Source of the DNA: Catajapyx aquilonaris
Taxonomy: Eukaryota
Length of the DNA stretch: 61,053 bases
Assembly (NCBI GenBank): GCA_000934665.2
Contig: KZ538568.1
Span: 1 to 61,053 of the forward strand
Reading direction: 5' to 3'
A program made the translations under genes and the position numbers. Shown in pieces: positions 13,921 through 37,696 of this stretch. The number at the start of each line of letters is the position of its first letter. Position 1 is the first letter of the stretch. The notes below the pieces were generated by a model. The model did not search any database. It saw nothing but the letters and a program-made list of their open reading frames with translations, and was not told the origin of the DNA.

Positions 13921-16900
13921 TCAAAAGTTGATTCGCCTGATCCCACAATCAATGCAAAACTTTGCTGTCTCCACTGGATGCTTGAACCCACACTGGTGGC
14001 AGTACTTCCCAAATCTGGCCATTCCAGGGCCCAGGGGCCCCACCTTGGCCACCTTAACATCAGATGCTAGAACTCGTGACAGAGGCAGCCTGACCTCATC
14101 TTCTGTGGTAGGTTTTTGCCTCTCTTCCTCGGCAGCCACTCGGGCCTCCTCAGCCTCAAAGTTCAACTCCCTGCAAACATTTCTGTTCCTGGCTAATGCT
14201 ACCATAGATTCAGTCTTTGCTTGTGGGGCCAGTGTAGTTCCTCCTTCTGAGCTGCTGGTTGAGTTGGTTCGCTGGAGGTCTCGGGATTGCTGGCGTCCCA
14301 AACTAGAGAAGAGAGTTGAAGTATGGGATATGGATGTTCATCTGTGTGGTTTGCACTCAGTCTCCAAGATATATAGCTTTTGCCCACTTTGCCATCCTTA
14401 TCAACACAATCATGTAGCCAGATGTTTTAGTTAGAAAAAGGGCTACTGAAATGTGTTCAGGTGGAGAGAAAGTACAGGAAAAGGACAAAGGCAGATCAGT
14501 ATTTAAATTATTTTGCAAGTGTCTATCGCCAGTAGAGGGAACTACTTTGAAGGGGACAGTGCTTAAAATGTTGCAAATTGAGCAATAGAGTCTGTCTAGA
14601 AAACGTTCAGTTTTTTTTTAAACACCCCTCGTATGCAGCAATTTCTGCAACTTAGAACTCCTTGAGAAATAGGTACAGAAGTGCACTTTGATGCAGCTGT
14701 CTTAGTTGGGGCATTTTGTGTTTTAAAAACTACATTACTTATTGATTTGCCCTTGTAGCTATGGAAGCAATCAACTTTTCCCCTTCCCTTGAAGCACTCC
14801 TCAACATATGTCCCACCTGCTGTATGCAGAATCACCTCCTATTCTGCTACCATTGGATTGCCTCTTTCCATCCTGCTCTGACCATGACCAGGCCTTGGAT
14901 TGATGTTCCTTCCTCCTGTCGCCTTCATCATAGTCCTCATCGTCCTCGTCCCTCCTCTGTTGTTGCTGTGATTTCCAAGTCACTAACGTGGGGCTAGGCC
15001 TGACCAGCACAGACTGCAGTGGTGACGTTTCTTCAAGCAATTGAGAAATGGCTGGAGGGGCCACAACTGCTTGCTTGCCATGTTTCTTCAAGTTATGGGA
15101 AGGAGGAGGAACCACTTGGGATCTGGAAAGTTGACGGGTTGGCGACTTGGTTGGGGCAGTGAGGCCCAAGAGGGCAGCTATCACTTCCTCGTGTGCCAAG
15201 GGATCATCATGGGAAAGCATTGGAGGTGTTGGGGGTGGGGTTAAGTTGTGTGGGCGGTATGGGGAGAAGGCTGACTGAGGATGGGAGTTGAGAAGGGGGT
15301 GTGGAGCAGGGGTAGGGGCTGGAGTGGGCCAGGCAGAGGTAAGGCTCATCAGCTCCTCCATCTGGCGCTCAGCTGTGCGGTATGGGTCATACTCCTTAGC
15401 AGTCATTACTGACCTTGAACGTGCCCTTTTAAAAAAATAAAAATTGGTGGAGATAGGAGAGGAGGTAGCAAGGGTGTAGAAAGGAATGTGATGTTCATTT
15501 AAATAACACATTTATAGTAGTACCTGGTATATGCACATACTGTACTTGGACACATTACTCAATCATATTTTCAGAATTTGGCCTGGTTGTATCAACTCAA
15601 AATATGATGAAATCTCCCACACCTCTCCATAAGCATAGCCACAAGAGATTTTCACTCAATTGGCATTCATTCATGCGACCACACCGACACCTACCCAAAA
15701 AACCAATGAGAGATATGCCCTTAGTAACTGCAACAAGAGGGGATTTAAGGGCACAATTCAAGTGGGCATCAAATATGTTCCCTTATTAGTTCTGATCATG
15801 GTTCTGATAGAAGGTACTGGAGTCATGCCTTCTTATGTGACTGTTACTTGACTGAAGTTGTTTGTATTGATTCATTTTTTTCTGAATGTGTCACTTGTGT
15901 TAAAGTTACCCAATGTTATTCTCTGCAACCTGGACTCTTAACATAAGGGGCAGAAGGATGGGGAGGGAGGGAGGGAGGTCCACAATGACAAGTGTGACGA
16001 GGATATCACATGTAGGTGGACAATTATGGCTGGTATAGAGTGAAATGGAGAAGTCAGCAGGGAGTCACGCCCTTGGGTGCAAAGGGTTAACCAACTGTTA
16101 AAAAGGCTGCTGGTGCCAGATGTAAGTTAAGCACATTGGGAACAGCTCAAAAAAGATCTGGACTTTAGATACATTCTTTGCAATGGAGCAAGATCTCACT
16201 TCACACATGCATGTATGCCGGCAAGTAAACTTGGGTACTGATATCTTAAATGAAAATGGGGTGTTGCAATATTATGATCATATGCAATGTAATTTAAAAT
16301 ATATCATAATTGTGAAAAAGGAATCCCTAGGCCAGTGCTTCCCAAACTGTGGGTCACAACCGCATTTGGGGTCGTGAACTTCATATTTGGGGGTTGCGAT
16401 AGAGGCAGGCCCGGATTTCCCAATAGGCAAAGTAGAATTTTTTGGGGTGGCATTTGGGGGGCGAAATTGTCTCTGGTATTGTGGAAAAAATTGTGGCGGA
16501 GTTGCATTCTTGGGGATCATTCCAGTTCATGGTCCAGTTCAATTTCATCTAATAGGCCTACACACCCATTCAAATCTCCCAGTAGCTTGTGTGACCTTGA
16601 ACCCCAAAAAATTTCGCCTGCCACGGGCTTTCGTCCCACACCTTGCGATTTCCTTATTTGGCGCTCCCCCCCCCGTATTACCTGTATGATCGTTCTGAGT
16701 ATTAACGTTACAGAAGGAATTCGTGGGGAGGGGGGTGGGGGAGGCAGATGACCAACTGCCTACCCGCAACAAAAGTATAAGTACGGCCCTGGATGGAGGG
16801 TAACAAATTATTTTCATAAAATGATTCTCTCTCTCTTGAAAATTACAGAATAATTCAGATGCGCTCGACAATACTTATCAACGATTTTCATTTCACTGTT

Positions 16901-19900
16901 TACCGGGGGGGGGCGAATTTTACGAGGTAATTTTTTGTGATCGCCAATGAAAAAGATTGGGAAGCACTGCCCTAGGCACTCGGCAACCCTCTGTACAGGG
17001 GAGTCACACAATTGCCTAACTAATTGACAGAGGGAGTATGTCACCTGACACATCTGACCACCCACACCTGTCCTTCAAAAAGCTCTTGTTGGCCTACAAT
17101 CCTACATGAAAGACTTAAAAATTTTAATGGGAGTCAAACCCCCTCTGCATTATAAATTCAATTGGCTCCCCTTCCACAGAAGGGTCTAATATAGTTTTAT
17201 GTGCAAATCATCACCTGTTAATCATAAAATGCACAGTTCATCTCAGTTTTTCCCTTTCACACCTAACTAATACGAAAATTAGTTACTTGCAAAAATTGCC
17301 CTAAATTTCCAGTATGTTTTATATAATGTGGCAATTTCATTAGCATGAGTGACATCAGTAACGAAGTTCCTTTGCTAACACTGCGGCATATTCCAGTGCT
17401 ATGGGCTATACCAGCAGTTCAAGGGAGTGATGCCTCATCATAAAGAAGTGCATAAGAAGGTCTGGGTAACAACTCACCTGACCTCAGCAACTCTTGCAGA
17501 CTTCTTCTGTGTCCCTGTGGCAAAACCATAAACCATAGGTGCGTCACCAATTCCACGCATCCCCACAGGTTGGACTTCATGCACATCTTTGCTTCCCACC
17601 CTATGGTGAGAAGTGGACTTCAACCCTGGCTTTGTGACCTTGTTGGGTGTCCTCTCCAGCACACGTGATGGCACCATCTTAGACATGGCCTTGCTTGGAG
17701 AACATTTGCTTCTGTCTGTTGTCGTCCGGGTGGAGTTACGTCCCGCTGCATTAAAACATTGACATTCAGGTGAAAGGTACAGTACCACTTGATCAAGCTT
17801 TAGGATCTCAATAACTACACACTGGTGATTTTAGCACTAGTTTTAGTCTGAGTTTTAATAAGGATCTGGCAATTGGCATGGACATCTCCATCCTTTTTAT
17901 GGACGAAGGAAGTCTCACTTTAGTTTTTGTTCTGTAAGCCACTACTGTCAAAAAGAACCTAGCTCCCAAGTATTCATAATTACATGCATAACAGCAGTCC
18001 AGCTTCAGCATGAACACAAGCATAGCACAATGCAACCTGCCTATAGTGGATTCTGGGTGCAGCAGAAACTTGTCTTTGTTTGGTACTGACTTAGGTCCGA
18101 ATCGTCGACATCTCGGGCAAACCTGCGGCACGGGCCATAATCTTCTAGATAGAGAAACTTTCCAGTGGCATTAATCCCTGATGGGGAAAGAACCCCGGGA
18201 GTAGTTAATTTCGTTACTCTAAAATGTGATGATTTTTACTCTCGCTGGCAGAACCCTGTTAACTCCCCTCTGCAAGCGCCTCCTGCAAGTTTGCACAAGA
18301 TGTCGAAGATTCAGGCCTTATAAATATCAATGCATTTTTGTCTTGCCTAATAGCAATCTGTTGATTCTGAATAAATTTTTCTGTAAATACAGAACAATAC
18401 CACTATACACAGGTTGCACTCTAAAAAAGAACTAGGCTCACTTTGGTTCCTTGAGAGCGAAGATGCACTGGATTTTGATGAAGTATAAGGTGACTTGACA
18501 GGAGTGCGTGTCATGTCAGCTGCCCCTCTGCCCACAGCAGGATGAGATGCCCTTGAAAATTTTGGGGGTCCTGGATGCTGTGGTGGATGCCTCCCTGATC
18601 TACCTGCCATCAAGCTTGCCCTATCCTGCTTCTTTTCTTTGCCAGTTTTCTTGCTGGACCCTGGAAGCGGTGCCTTGTAGTTCTTTCGGGCCTGGAGTCT
18701 CTCAAGCGCACCTGGATTTACACATGGCTGCTGATGCAGGCGAGTGCTCTGCTCCTTGCAAAATTCTACATGCCGATCATATGACTTGGGCCCAAAATTG
18801 CGTGCACAATAAGGGCACTGCTCATAATCAGATGGAAGAGTCACAGATGGTGGTCCTGCAACAGTGCCATCAGGGTCTGAACTGTTACGACCTCTTGCAG
18901 CACGTACTGCCTGCAAGAAGAGGCGATGGCGCTCCCTCCATTTCCCCCCTATTTTCTTCTCACCCTTTGGTGAGTGCTGACCTGTCGTAGCACTTTGTTC
19001 CAATGCCTTTCTTGCAAAGGAGGCTGCCTCTCCCTGCACTCGCTGCTTGGAGGAATCAAAGGTGCGGCGTTGGCGGGTTGATGATTGGACACATATCGTA
19101 ATGTGGCGCTGCAGAGAGGCAGGGAAAAAGGTGCGGTTGCACACTGGACAACGGGTCAGCTCCTCTGCTGGCTTCTCAGCAAGCACTGGCAAGATGGTGT
19201 CAATGGGGCTCAACTTCTTGCCACTATCTTCATTGATTGGTTGTTGCTTAGCACGCGGTGACTTGTTTGACACCGCCATAGAAGAAGGTGAAGTTGAATT
19301 CTTGCCACTTGGCCTGCGACCAGCCTCTGAAAAAAGCATTGCCTCTTCATATGGGCACTTGGACCTATGGAAGGAACAAGCCCCTAGCCCATTTTACATC
19401 TATAAATTGTACACACATGGCATACATGCATACACGAGCTCAATAGCAAAGAATTTGGCCATTTGCAATATCTTTAGATGGAAAGAATGGAATTACAAAA
19501 AATAGGCATTCAGCATTGATGACATTATTTGCACCTGTAAGTATGACATCTAGAACAATTTTTGGATTATATCTGTTTTCTCCGATTATCCGGGCACACC
19601 CGTTCATTAATTAGTGCAGTGTAGAGTTAATCACAAAGCAATTTTGGTTTTGTTGCCCATGTATGGCAGGAAATATCCTATCACTCAGACCACTCAGCTG
19701 CCATATGTTGATTGCCTCAGTAATGGGAGTTCAAAATTACCAAAATCAGCTGGAGTAATTCAATCTCAGTTTTTAAGTATCACATTTGTGTAATAAGCCG
19801 GCAAATTATTCCACTGTTGCTGACTTTTGTAACACCCTGAAGGAAACATGCACCAAAGAGCATGTCCACTTGTATGCTCTTTTTCACCTTGACAAGAAAC

Positions 19901-20388
19901 AGGAATAGGTTTGGTAATTCTAAAATGGCATTTAAATGTTGGGTTACAACTTGACATGCCTTGGTCTCAAATATGGGCCTAACATGGTGTCCTACTATCA
20001 TATAAAATAAGTCAAGGCCAGCGTTACCCTTTCTGTTGGTCAGCACACCATTGCTACAGTATTTCCTGTTGGGTTTTCCTTGATGCAATAACTTACAAAT
20101 CTAGCACAGTGCTGTACAGTACATCAGTGATGCTGTTAGCAAATACATTAATGTAAAGATGCAGGGAAGGTTTACACGTACCCCGTGAAAATGCAAGGCA
20201 GAGCATCTTCTCAGTAGTTGGACTTAGCCTTCCCTATTGTTGCAGTGCACAACTCTTCCTCTTAAGAGCACAGCAAAAAAAAAAATGTTGGGAAGATGGC
20301 CTCACCTGACACAACCTTCACTGCTGCAGCCCACATCACACTCTCACCTGCCCACATGTGGCTGAGTTTCTTTGCAAATCCCATCCAT
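13921..20388 (-). CDS. ZC2HC1A: Zinc finger C2HC domain-containing protein 1 (FAM164-type)
   Basis: Minus-strand exons 20388-20348 (tentative start exon), 19364-18442, 17745-17478, 15425-14817, 14302-13921(TGA), all phase-consistent. Two C2HC fingers (CPVCNRTF...HITIC; CPYCARNF...HVEFC) and C-terminal KYCHQCGFKHPVETAKFCIDCGIRR as in ZC2HC1A. The N-terminus is uncertain. Confidence 0.85.
16333..16969. mobile_element. Non-autonomous hAT element (Buster/Charlie-like)
   Basis: TIR CAGTGCTTCCCAA...TTGGGAAGCACTG. Perfect 8-bp TSD CCCTAGGC at 16325-16332 and 16970-16977, with central TA. Confidence 0.9.
18055..18350. mobile_element. Degenerate inverted-repeat element (MITE-like)
   Basis: TTAGGTCCGAATCGTCGACATCTCGGGCAAACCTGC (18091-18126) is an imperfect reverse complement of 18285-18320. 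The outer limits are approximate and no TSD was found. Confidence 0.5.
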
Positions 20389-20779
20389 CTACTTAATTGA
20401 ACAGGCCTGGCCTCCTTCCCCCCAAAATCTGGTATCACACCAAACTTGACCTAGTTACTAAAGTGGGTTAACCACATTTCCTGTGTAATGACTTTCTCCT
20501 GCTCTGTCCGTCCTGCACATGTCTATATTTACGAATGGGTGCTGCCACCAAAGGCGCAGGTGACCATGGGCGGTTGTTTACAGCCCAACCGACACAAATG
20601 TGGAAATACATCCGAGACTGCTTTGTCATTGAGCTCCTTCCTACTCACAATCCCTCCTCCGCCTATATAGAGACTACCTTGACTACTCTGTGTGTCGTCG
20701 TGGGCCATCTCATCCACCAGGAAGCGATCCAGGAGGCACTTGTACACTGAGCGGGAAGGGGCCATCCAATGCCCCACCT

Positions 20780-23300
20780 GCAGTGTCAGGTTGGCGGTCG
20801 GTATGGACCTACAACAATCGGCTATAGTGGCTGAGCCCTCTAATTAAAAGCTAAGGGGGCCTGAATGAGGAATACTGGCGACCGCTGCTACTCAATAATC
20901 CCATCCAAGTAGTGACAGTCGCCTCTCTGCGTCACCAAGCGACGGCAACAATGCCAGTCCGTCACCCCCTGACAATGGGATGGGCAGGTGCGAGGACTCA
21001 CCCACAGTGTTGCACCGCCCTGGGGCTCGGGGGAGCTCTCCTTCTCCCGGGGGCGCCTCCCTCCTTTGCCCTGCCAGCCGACGACGTCGCTCAGGAGTAG
21101 GCGGCCATCTTTATTTTGGTGCCGTCAATGGCAAACAGGTGGGACCGGTGATTGGCCGGATGGGGAGCCAATCGGGGCTCCAAGCGCGCTCATTCAAAAC
21201 ACATGCACATGCAAGTCTTGCATGCACACATGAATATACGCATGAATATAAATGGCTGGATCCGAGATTGGATAGATCGGGATAGATCTTCTGGCCCTGT
21301 ATGAGGGTGCGTTTGTTGCGGTGGTGATCTCATGTGTATGGAGGGCTTCGCCTGAAATTTGTCGCGGACATAGGCCGTGAGCAGCAGCGGTTTTGGGGGT
21401 TGCAGTGTACTTTTAAAGCGTGACAAGGACGACGTGTTTTTGTAGCGCATGAGTGGAGTAAGACGGAGAGGAATACCGGCATATCTGGACGGGAGTAGTG
21501 AGGACGGGGAGGGTTATGTAAATAATTTGACATTGTGCAATGTCAGACGTGCCACATGTTGAAAACTACACATCTTGAGAGTAAATATTTGTCGAGAAAG
21601 GTATTGTTTATGCCTATAGTCAAGCGTCAAGTTATGCTTGGAAGAAATGTGACAGACGAAATATATGGTATCTATATACCGCCAGCAAAATTGTGGGTTA
21701 CAGAAATATGCGCAAATACCGTGAACATTACGCTAGTCCGGATAATACCGTATGTATGTTTAGAATAATTGTTAATCGCATTCATATGCATTTTTCTTGC
21801 GCAAGAAAGAAAATGTGCGGTGAAAATAAAGTATAGGCCCTATCTTACATACAGTATACTATTATCTGGGTCCCTGTATTAATTATTCTTTTGTGAATAA
21901 TTTTATAGGGGCTGGTGTCACCCTCTACATGATTGTGAAACTTCTTTACGAACTTGCTTTGGTCATATGTGCAAGTCCTGACAATGCTGAATTCTAAATA
22001 CTGCACCTGCATATTTGCAAAAGGGCCACTGATAAGAGACAATGCCAGGTCCACTATCAAGAATAATAAGTGGCAATTCCTGACACATTATTATACGTAA
22101 CAACTGGGGCAAGACATTCTTATCTCAACATTATTTTCAAGTTCGCCACATGATGTGTGCGAATATATGGCACGAATGCTACTCATACATATACATATAC
22201 AATTATATATGCTCTTGCACCTGCCTCTCGCGCGGTTCACTACCTTCGGATCACCTCGGATTACCGCCGGATCACCGCGGATCACCATCGAAGGTGTACA
22301 CCATGGTGTACACGGATCACCAGAAGTGAATACCGCCTCGGTGCTACCAAGAGCTGGTGCTACTTGTGATGTGCCATACCAGTAAGTCACAGCTCTCCGG
22401 GTAACAAAATATATTATGGGAACCAACAGCAGCGATATCCATGTCGCATTTTCTCAGCCTCATTGCCAGGGGTGCAACACCTGGTCTTTCCCTCCCACGG
22501 GCCACGGCCCCATATCATCAATTCATATAATTATTATATCCGTGTTATATCTATTCATCGTGTTCTGTTCTGTATATATGGTGCTGTATATGTATACGGA
22601 GGAGGTGATGAAGTTGCGACATGATCGGAGTAGGGCGGAGGTGTCGCCCCGATGCGGGCCTGCAGGGAAGCGGTTAGCAGCCTGCCTTATTTTTTAGTTG
22701 GGGGGAGGAGGCAGGCAGGCAGGGGGCAGGGGAGGTGCAGCAGGGGAGATTATTAAGAAGTGTGCGTGAGTGCGCGTGTAGCAGACTGTGCAGCCCCCCC
22801 TGACTCCCGTCTCCCCCTGTGTGTATCGTGCGGCCCACAGTTCTCTGGTTCCGGCTTGTCTACTGTGCCGGAAAAGGGGAGTGAATTGAGGGGAGGGGGA
22901 GGGAAGTCAGCTGGGTCCATTGACAGCGAGCGAGCGAGCAAGCAGTGGGCAGGGAGGGCAGAACGGCACAGGACGACGACGACGGGTGCTCGGTGCGTGA
23001 GGAGGCGGGCGGGCGGGCCATGGGCTGCCCCCTCTGCTCATGCCGCTGGACGGTCGGTAGCGCAGCAGCAGGCCTCGCTTAACCCAGCCAACCAGCCAGT
23101 CCGCCTGCCTGCATGCCTTTCCCGAACAGCTGATCGATGAGCCCGTCGATTGAGCACAAGCAGCAGAAGGAAGATCGCCGTTCTCAGCCGCAGTGGATCA
23201 GCACCACTACTTGGAACGACGAGGACACCCTGTGCATCGTCGTCGATTACATACCACGTCTTCAACCCAAAGCATGTTCGCAGGTAATATAACTTGTGCG
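20780..23300. promoter_or_regulatory. Divergent promoter region ZC2HC1A (-) / PHTF locus (+)
   Basis: Two CpG-rich blocks (~20.8-21.5 kb and ~22.6-23.3 kb). CCAAT boxes near 21151-21172, a YY1-like GGCGGCCATCTT at ~21100, and a minus-strand GTGAGT donor at ~21001 consistent with a non-coding first exon. Confidence 0.55.
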
Positions 23301-24459
23301 AGTACATTATGCAGAAGCCAAGGTCGACAATTACTCCCATGAGAAATAGTGGGAATGAATACACAGATATGTGGAACAATGGGCCTTTTACCTACGTAGG
23401 TTATTATTGCTATGATTGGAAGTGGGTGCCCACTTGCTGGAGGCCACTTGGTTCATGCTCCGGGCCACCTCTATAGTCAGCAGTTCTAAGGGCATTGGCT
23501 AGTGAGGAATAAAGTGTCAACAGACCACTTTGACTGACACTTTGGCAGAATGCATACAATGTTTATGCAGTGAACTTTATACAGGCATCTCATTCATTCA
23601 TTTCCTCATGGCAATATTCCATGAATAGGGTAGCCAGCGATAACCAGGTGAGAAGCTACACCTTGCCATCTCAGGTGACTGGTGAATGCGAATGTATGAA
23701 TCACAATAATTAAGCTAAACTCAAGTGTTGAGTTTCAGTACGGTATAGACAGAGTTGTTACATACTGCAGAAAGTGAATGGATATCAAAATAACTTATTG
23801 CGAAACTGTTAAAATATTTCTAGCCTTAGATATCAAATGATGAATGGTCATCTAGGAAAGGGCTCTGAACCCAAGGACTGCCTCAGTCCAGTTTCCCTGG
23901 ATTCTGACATGTGTACAGAAAACACAAGCACCTTGCAAATATAAATTCATTGTTGTGTGGAAGTAGGCACAATGGAAGCCAAACTGTTGCTTTTCTTGCA
24001 GTTCAGTATTGTGTCAATTTTGCTGTCAGTATAGGAAGTAAAATAATTGCGCAGTTGTTATTCAATGGTCATCAAACGTCTCATACATTGATATTGTAGA
24101 GTTCCAAAATGTCAAAGGGTGCAATCCAGTGTACCAAGCAATAGTTGATGGAATTTTCTCTGCAACCTGTCGAAGTCAACATAAGCAATATAGGCATATT
24201 TTAGGAAATCTCACATTTATAATTATTCTTTGTGTTTTTGCTTATGATGTAAAGATATTGATTACAATAATAATATTATGCACTGGCCTGTAAGTTTTGC
24301 AACAGAAAGTGTTTGGTGAATACTGCTGCAGTGAAGGATTGGAATTTCAGAGGAGATCTTCTCCTTGGGTTATCATGTGAAGGAAGAGTTATCACTGATA
24401 TTAATTCAGATGCATAAAATCTCTGAAGTGGCACGTGTCATGCTTATATGCTAAAAGTT

Positions 24460-24512
<53 letters not shown>

Positions 24513-26288
24513 GTTATTATTATTATTCAAAGTGACATAATTTTGTCAGTTCTAAGCATGCCCCATATTGGTAGTTTGTGAGAAAATATCATTAGGTGTG
24601 CTCCTGGCCTCGATTACTGCACTAGTGACTAGGTCCAGATCTATTTTAAGGCAGGCAAATTGAAAGTGTGCTTTGAAGCCAATAATTCTGTTTGCACAAT
24701 TAACTTGGCAACTGTTCACTGGCCTGATCCCAGGGTGTAATGCGGCGACTGCAACTGCCTTGTAGTGTTGCTCCATCCCACTTTTTCAGAGTGCCAGTAA
24801 GATGGGTAGATAACATGCGAGCTGTGGTTTTAGCAGCAGGGGGCAAATGCCACTCGCTATTTCAGGAGTACCCAAGCACAGCAGCAAGAGGTCTGATCCC
24901 ACAACATTTTTTTACTGCATTTTTTCCTGCTCCCTGTTGCATGCCTGCCTTGATAATGGGTACCTTAGAAGGGGTCACACCAACCTTGATTCAAGGGCAC
25001 TTGGTGTTGATCACCTATTGTGATCAAGCACCTATTGTGAGGTGAATTTAAACCCATTTTATGTGCCAGAGACCCTCTCTGTGATCAACGGAAAGGGTTT
25101 CATTTTAGAAACTGTTTAGGTGGATTCACAGGCTTAAGAAAGCATTTCCAAGGAAGAGTGCAAAATTAATAAATTGGAGTAATCTAATCTGTGAGTGACC
25201 AGATGTTGTACAAAGTACTACCTGTTGGGTTGAAAGTGAAGAATAATCACCTCTTATCTGTCCTTCACAAATTAACTGAACAGAGTAAGACCCTTGTCAT
25301 CACATCTTGCAATTTTGTTCACAGTTGTTCTACTTGCAGGTGTTAGCATGCAATCAAAGTGATGACCACTCTGCCCAGTGGCATCCTCAACTCTGCCAAG
25401 CAGCTGCTTCCTTCTGCAGGAATGGTGCTCAAAGAATGCTTAACCAGGTCTGATTTTGACATGCAAATATATTTAACTAGTCTTCTGGTTTCTGTGAATA
25501 TTAACCTTTAGTCTTTAGCAAGTGTAAGATCATTACTATACCTTAGATTCATTTTTACACAATGTAATTTATTCACTGACAAGTGAGTGTTAAAAGAAAT
25601 TAACAGTATTACCCATAGTAAAAAATGCTAGGTCTTTTTGTTCATTGATTGGTGCACTGCATAAATTTATTCCGGTGTAAGCTCTGGCACATGTTCTGAT
25701 TGGAATGTAAAGCTGTGACATCACTACACCAGCTAATAATGAAATACACCTCTTATGGCAGTGCAAGACATATGCATGTGCTGCATGAAATATGTCAACC
25801 TTATTTTTCAAGCCAGTTTATTAGGTCATTGGAAAGGAAGTGTGGACAGGATGTTTCAAGGCACAGTGGCAAATTTAGAAAGGATTCCTTAACTGAACTA
25901 CTTTTAGGAGAACTTAGTGTGTGAAAAGTAACCTTAGTTCCTGTAGAGTGTAGATAATTATGTTGTGTGTGTAGTACACCTTGATGATGGATTGGAGAAA
26001 GTTAGCTGGGATATGTAATTAGAATGTGAACCACTTTTGTGGCACACTAGTTGGATCTGGCCACCTGATTCACTTGCATTCATGCTATTGGAAGGGAGAG
26101 GTCAGTGCAACACACATTGCATGCACTTCAACTGGGGGACTGTAGGGGAGACTAGTCTGCGGTGTAGGCTGTGAGGGACAGGGGTGGGTGGAAAAGTCAT
26201 TCCTTATCTTATCCAGGTTTCACTGACTTGTGAGCATATTCTGCGTTCTGTTGCTGTTACTGGGCCCCCTCTGGGAGTGAGCAAGTGA
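23137..26288 (+). CDS. Candidate 108-aa spliced upstream ORF / microprotein in the PHTF leader
   Basis: Exons 23137-23283, 25340-25447, 26217-26288(TGA) join in phase 0 with no stop: MSPSIEHKQQKEDRRSQPQWISTTTWNDEDTLCIVVDYIPRLQPKACSQ|VLACNQSDDHSAQWHPQLCQAAASFCRNGAQRMLNQ|VSLTCEHILRSVAVTGPPLGVSK*. No homologue recognised. Confidence 0.45.
24462..24527. repeat. (ATT)n microsatellite
   Basis: Near-perfect TAT/ATT trinucleotide run. Confidence 0.95.
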
Positions 26289-26389
26289 ATAGTGAAGAGA
26301 AAAAAGGCTGGGGTATTCCAGAAGACCGGTTTTGCATAGCTACGCATAAGATTTAGAGTGTGTGTGTGAATTGAGGAAGTGATGTGGCC

Positions 26390-36525
<10,136 letters not shown>

Positions 36526-36982
36526 AAGAGATAGAGGTGACAATACATTTTCACCCCAACCTTCATCTCACTCTGCTCCTTGCCCTCACCCTCAACCTTA
36601 CAGAAGTTACTTTTCACAAGATGTCTTCTGTAAGGCCTGCATTTAAGACTGTCTTGGGAGGCATCTCCTGTATAGTCAGCTGGTGGCAGTATTATTTAGT
36701 CAGGAACTTCATCATTCTTGAAGGAGGCGGAAAGAGAGGAAAGAGCGGAAAATTGGTGCTGAATGTTCGCTAGGGTGGCTGCTGTTAACTAGGTGGTGCA
36801 ACTCAGGTTGCATTCTCTGTTAGGAGGCTATGAGTACTTTGACTGCTTTTCATTTGGTGCCTTGTTGTTAGGTTTTATTGATCTGACTTGATTATTTATT
36901 TGTGCAGCTAGCACACACTGAGATATTAAGTTGTTGCATAATTCTGATGAGCAGGATGGAGATAATGAATTAAATGTACTGA

Positions 36983-37046
<64 letters not shown>
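36983..37046. repeat. (ATT)n microsatellite in the PHTF 3' region
   Basis: Perfect trinucleotide run. Confidence 0.95.
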
Positions 37047-37047
<1 letters not shown>

Positions 37048-37696
37048 TGTCATCATTATTACTGTCATCATGTTTGTCACTATTGCCCCATATATTGTGG
37101 CATGCCAGTATAAAATGAGATTGACTGGGGAGCCTGGGAGTACTGGTGGAAAGTGGTGGAAAATTAGTGTTTCCTCGTTCCCTTGAAAATGATGAAAGCG
37201 TTACACAAAACCCTACTTTGTACTGCCTTAAGCCTGTTTTACGAATTGCCTTTGTGCATTATAAAGCGTCTCCATTTCTGCCCAATGCCGTTATGGCCAC
37301 CAGGTGTGCATTTTCTAAAATCTGGTCACCTTTCTCATTACTGGCATGCTGTAATATGCAAGGTAATAAGATATTAGTCATGTATGGTGCCTGGTTGTGA
37401 AGCATTAATAGGGACATTCACACGCTGTCAGTGTTTTATGATTTGATCATGATCTGATCATGTTTGCATTGCTATGAATTGTTAAGTCAACAAGTGATCA
37501 AAAAACTGGTTTGTGTGTTTTTTTTTCCTGTGTGAATGGCCCAGATATGAAGATCTGAAATGCAGAATGATCAGAGTCACATTTTCACTGACATTGAGTT
37601 AGGTATTGTGCAATATTGATCTTGATACACACTTCTGATGGTAAAATGACTAAAATCCCAGTTCTGATAGAGAAAGTCCAGTCCCCAAAAGTAATG

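Noticed and set aside
18508..19505. Long plus-strand ORFs (160 and 152 aa) opposite ZC2HC1A, and similar antisense ORFs at 13928, 30877 and 58968
   Set aside because: Shadow ORFs of coding sequence, with no recognisable motifs or splice support.
22245..22325. Short spaced repeats as a CRISPR-like array
   Set aside because: 8-bp units with mostly 2-3-nt spacing, eukaryotic context, and no cas genes.
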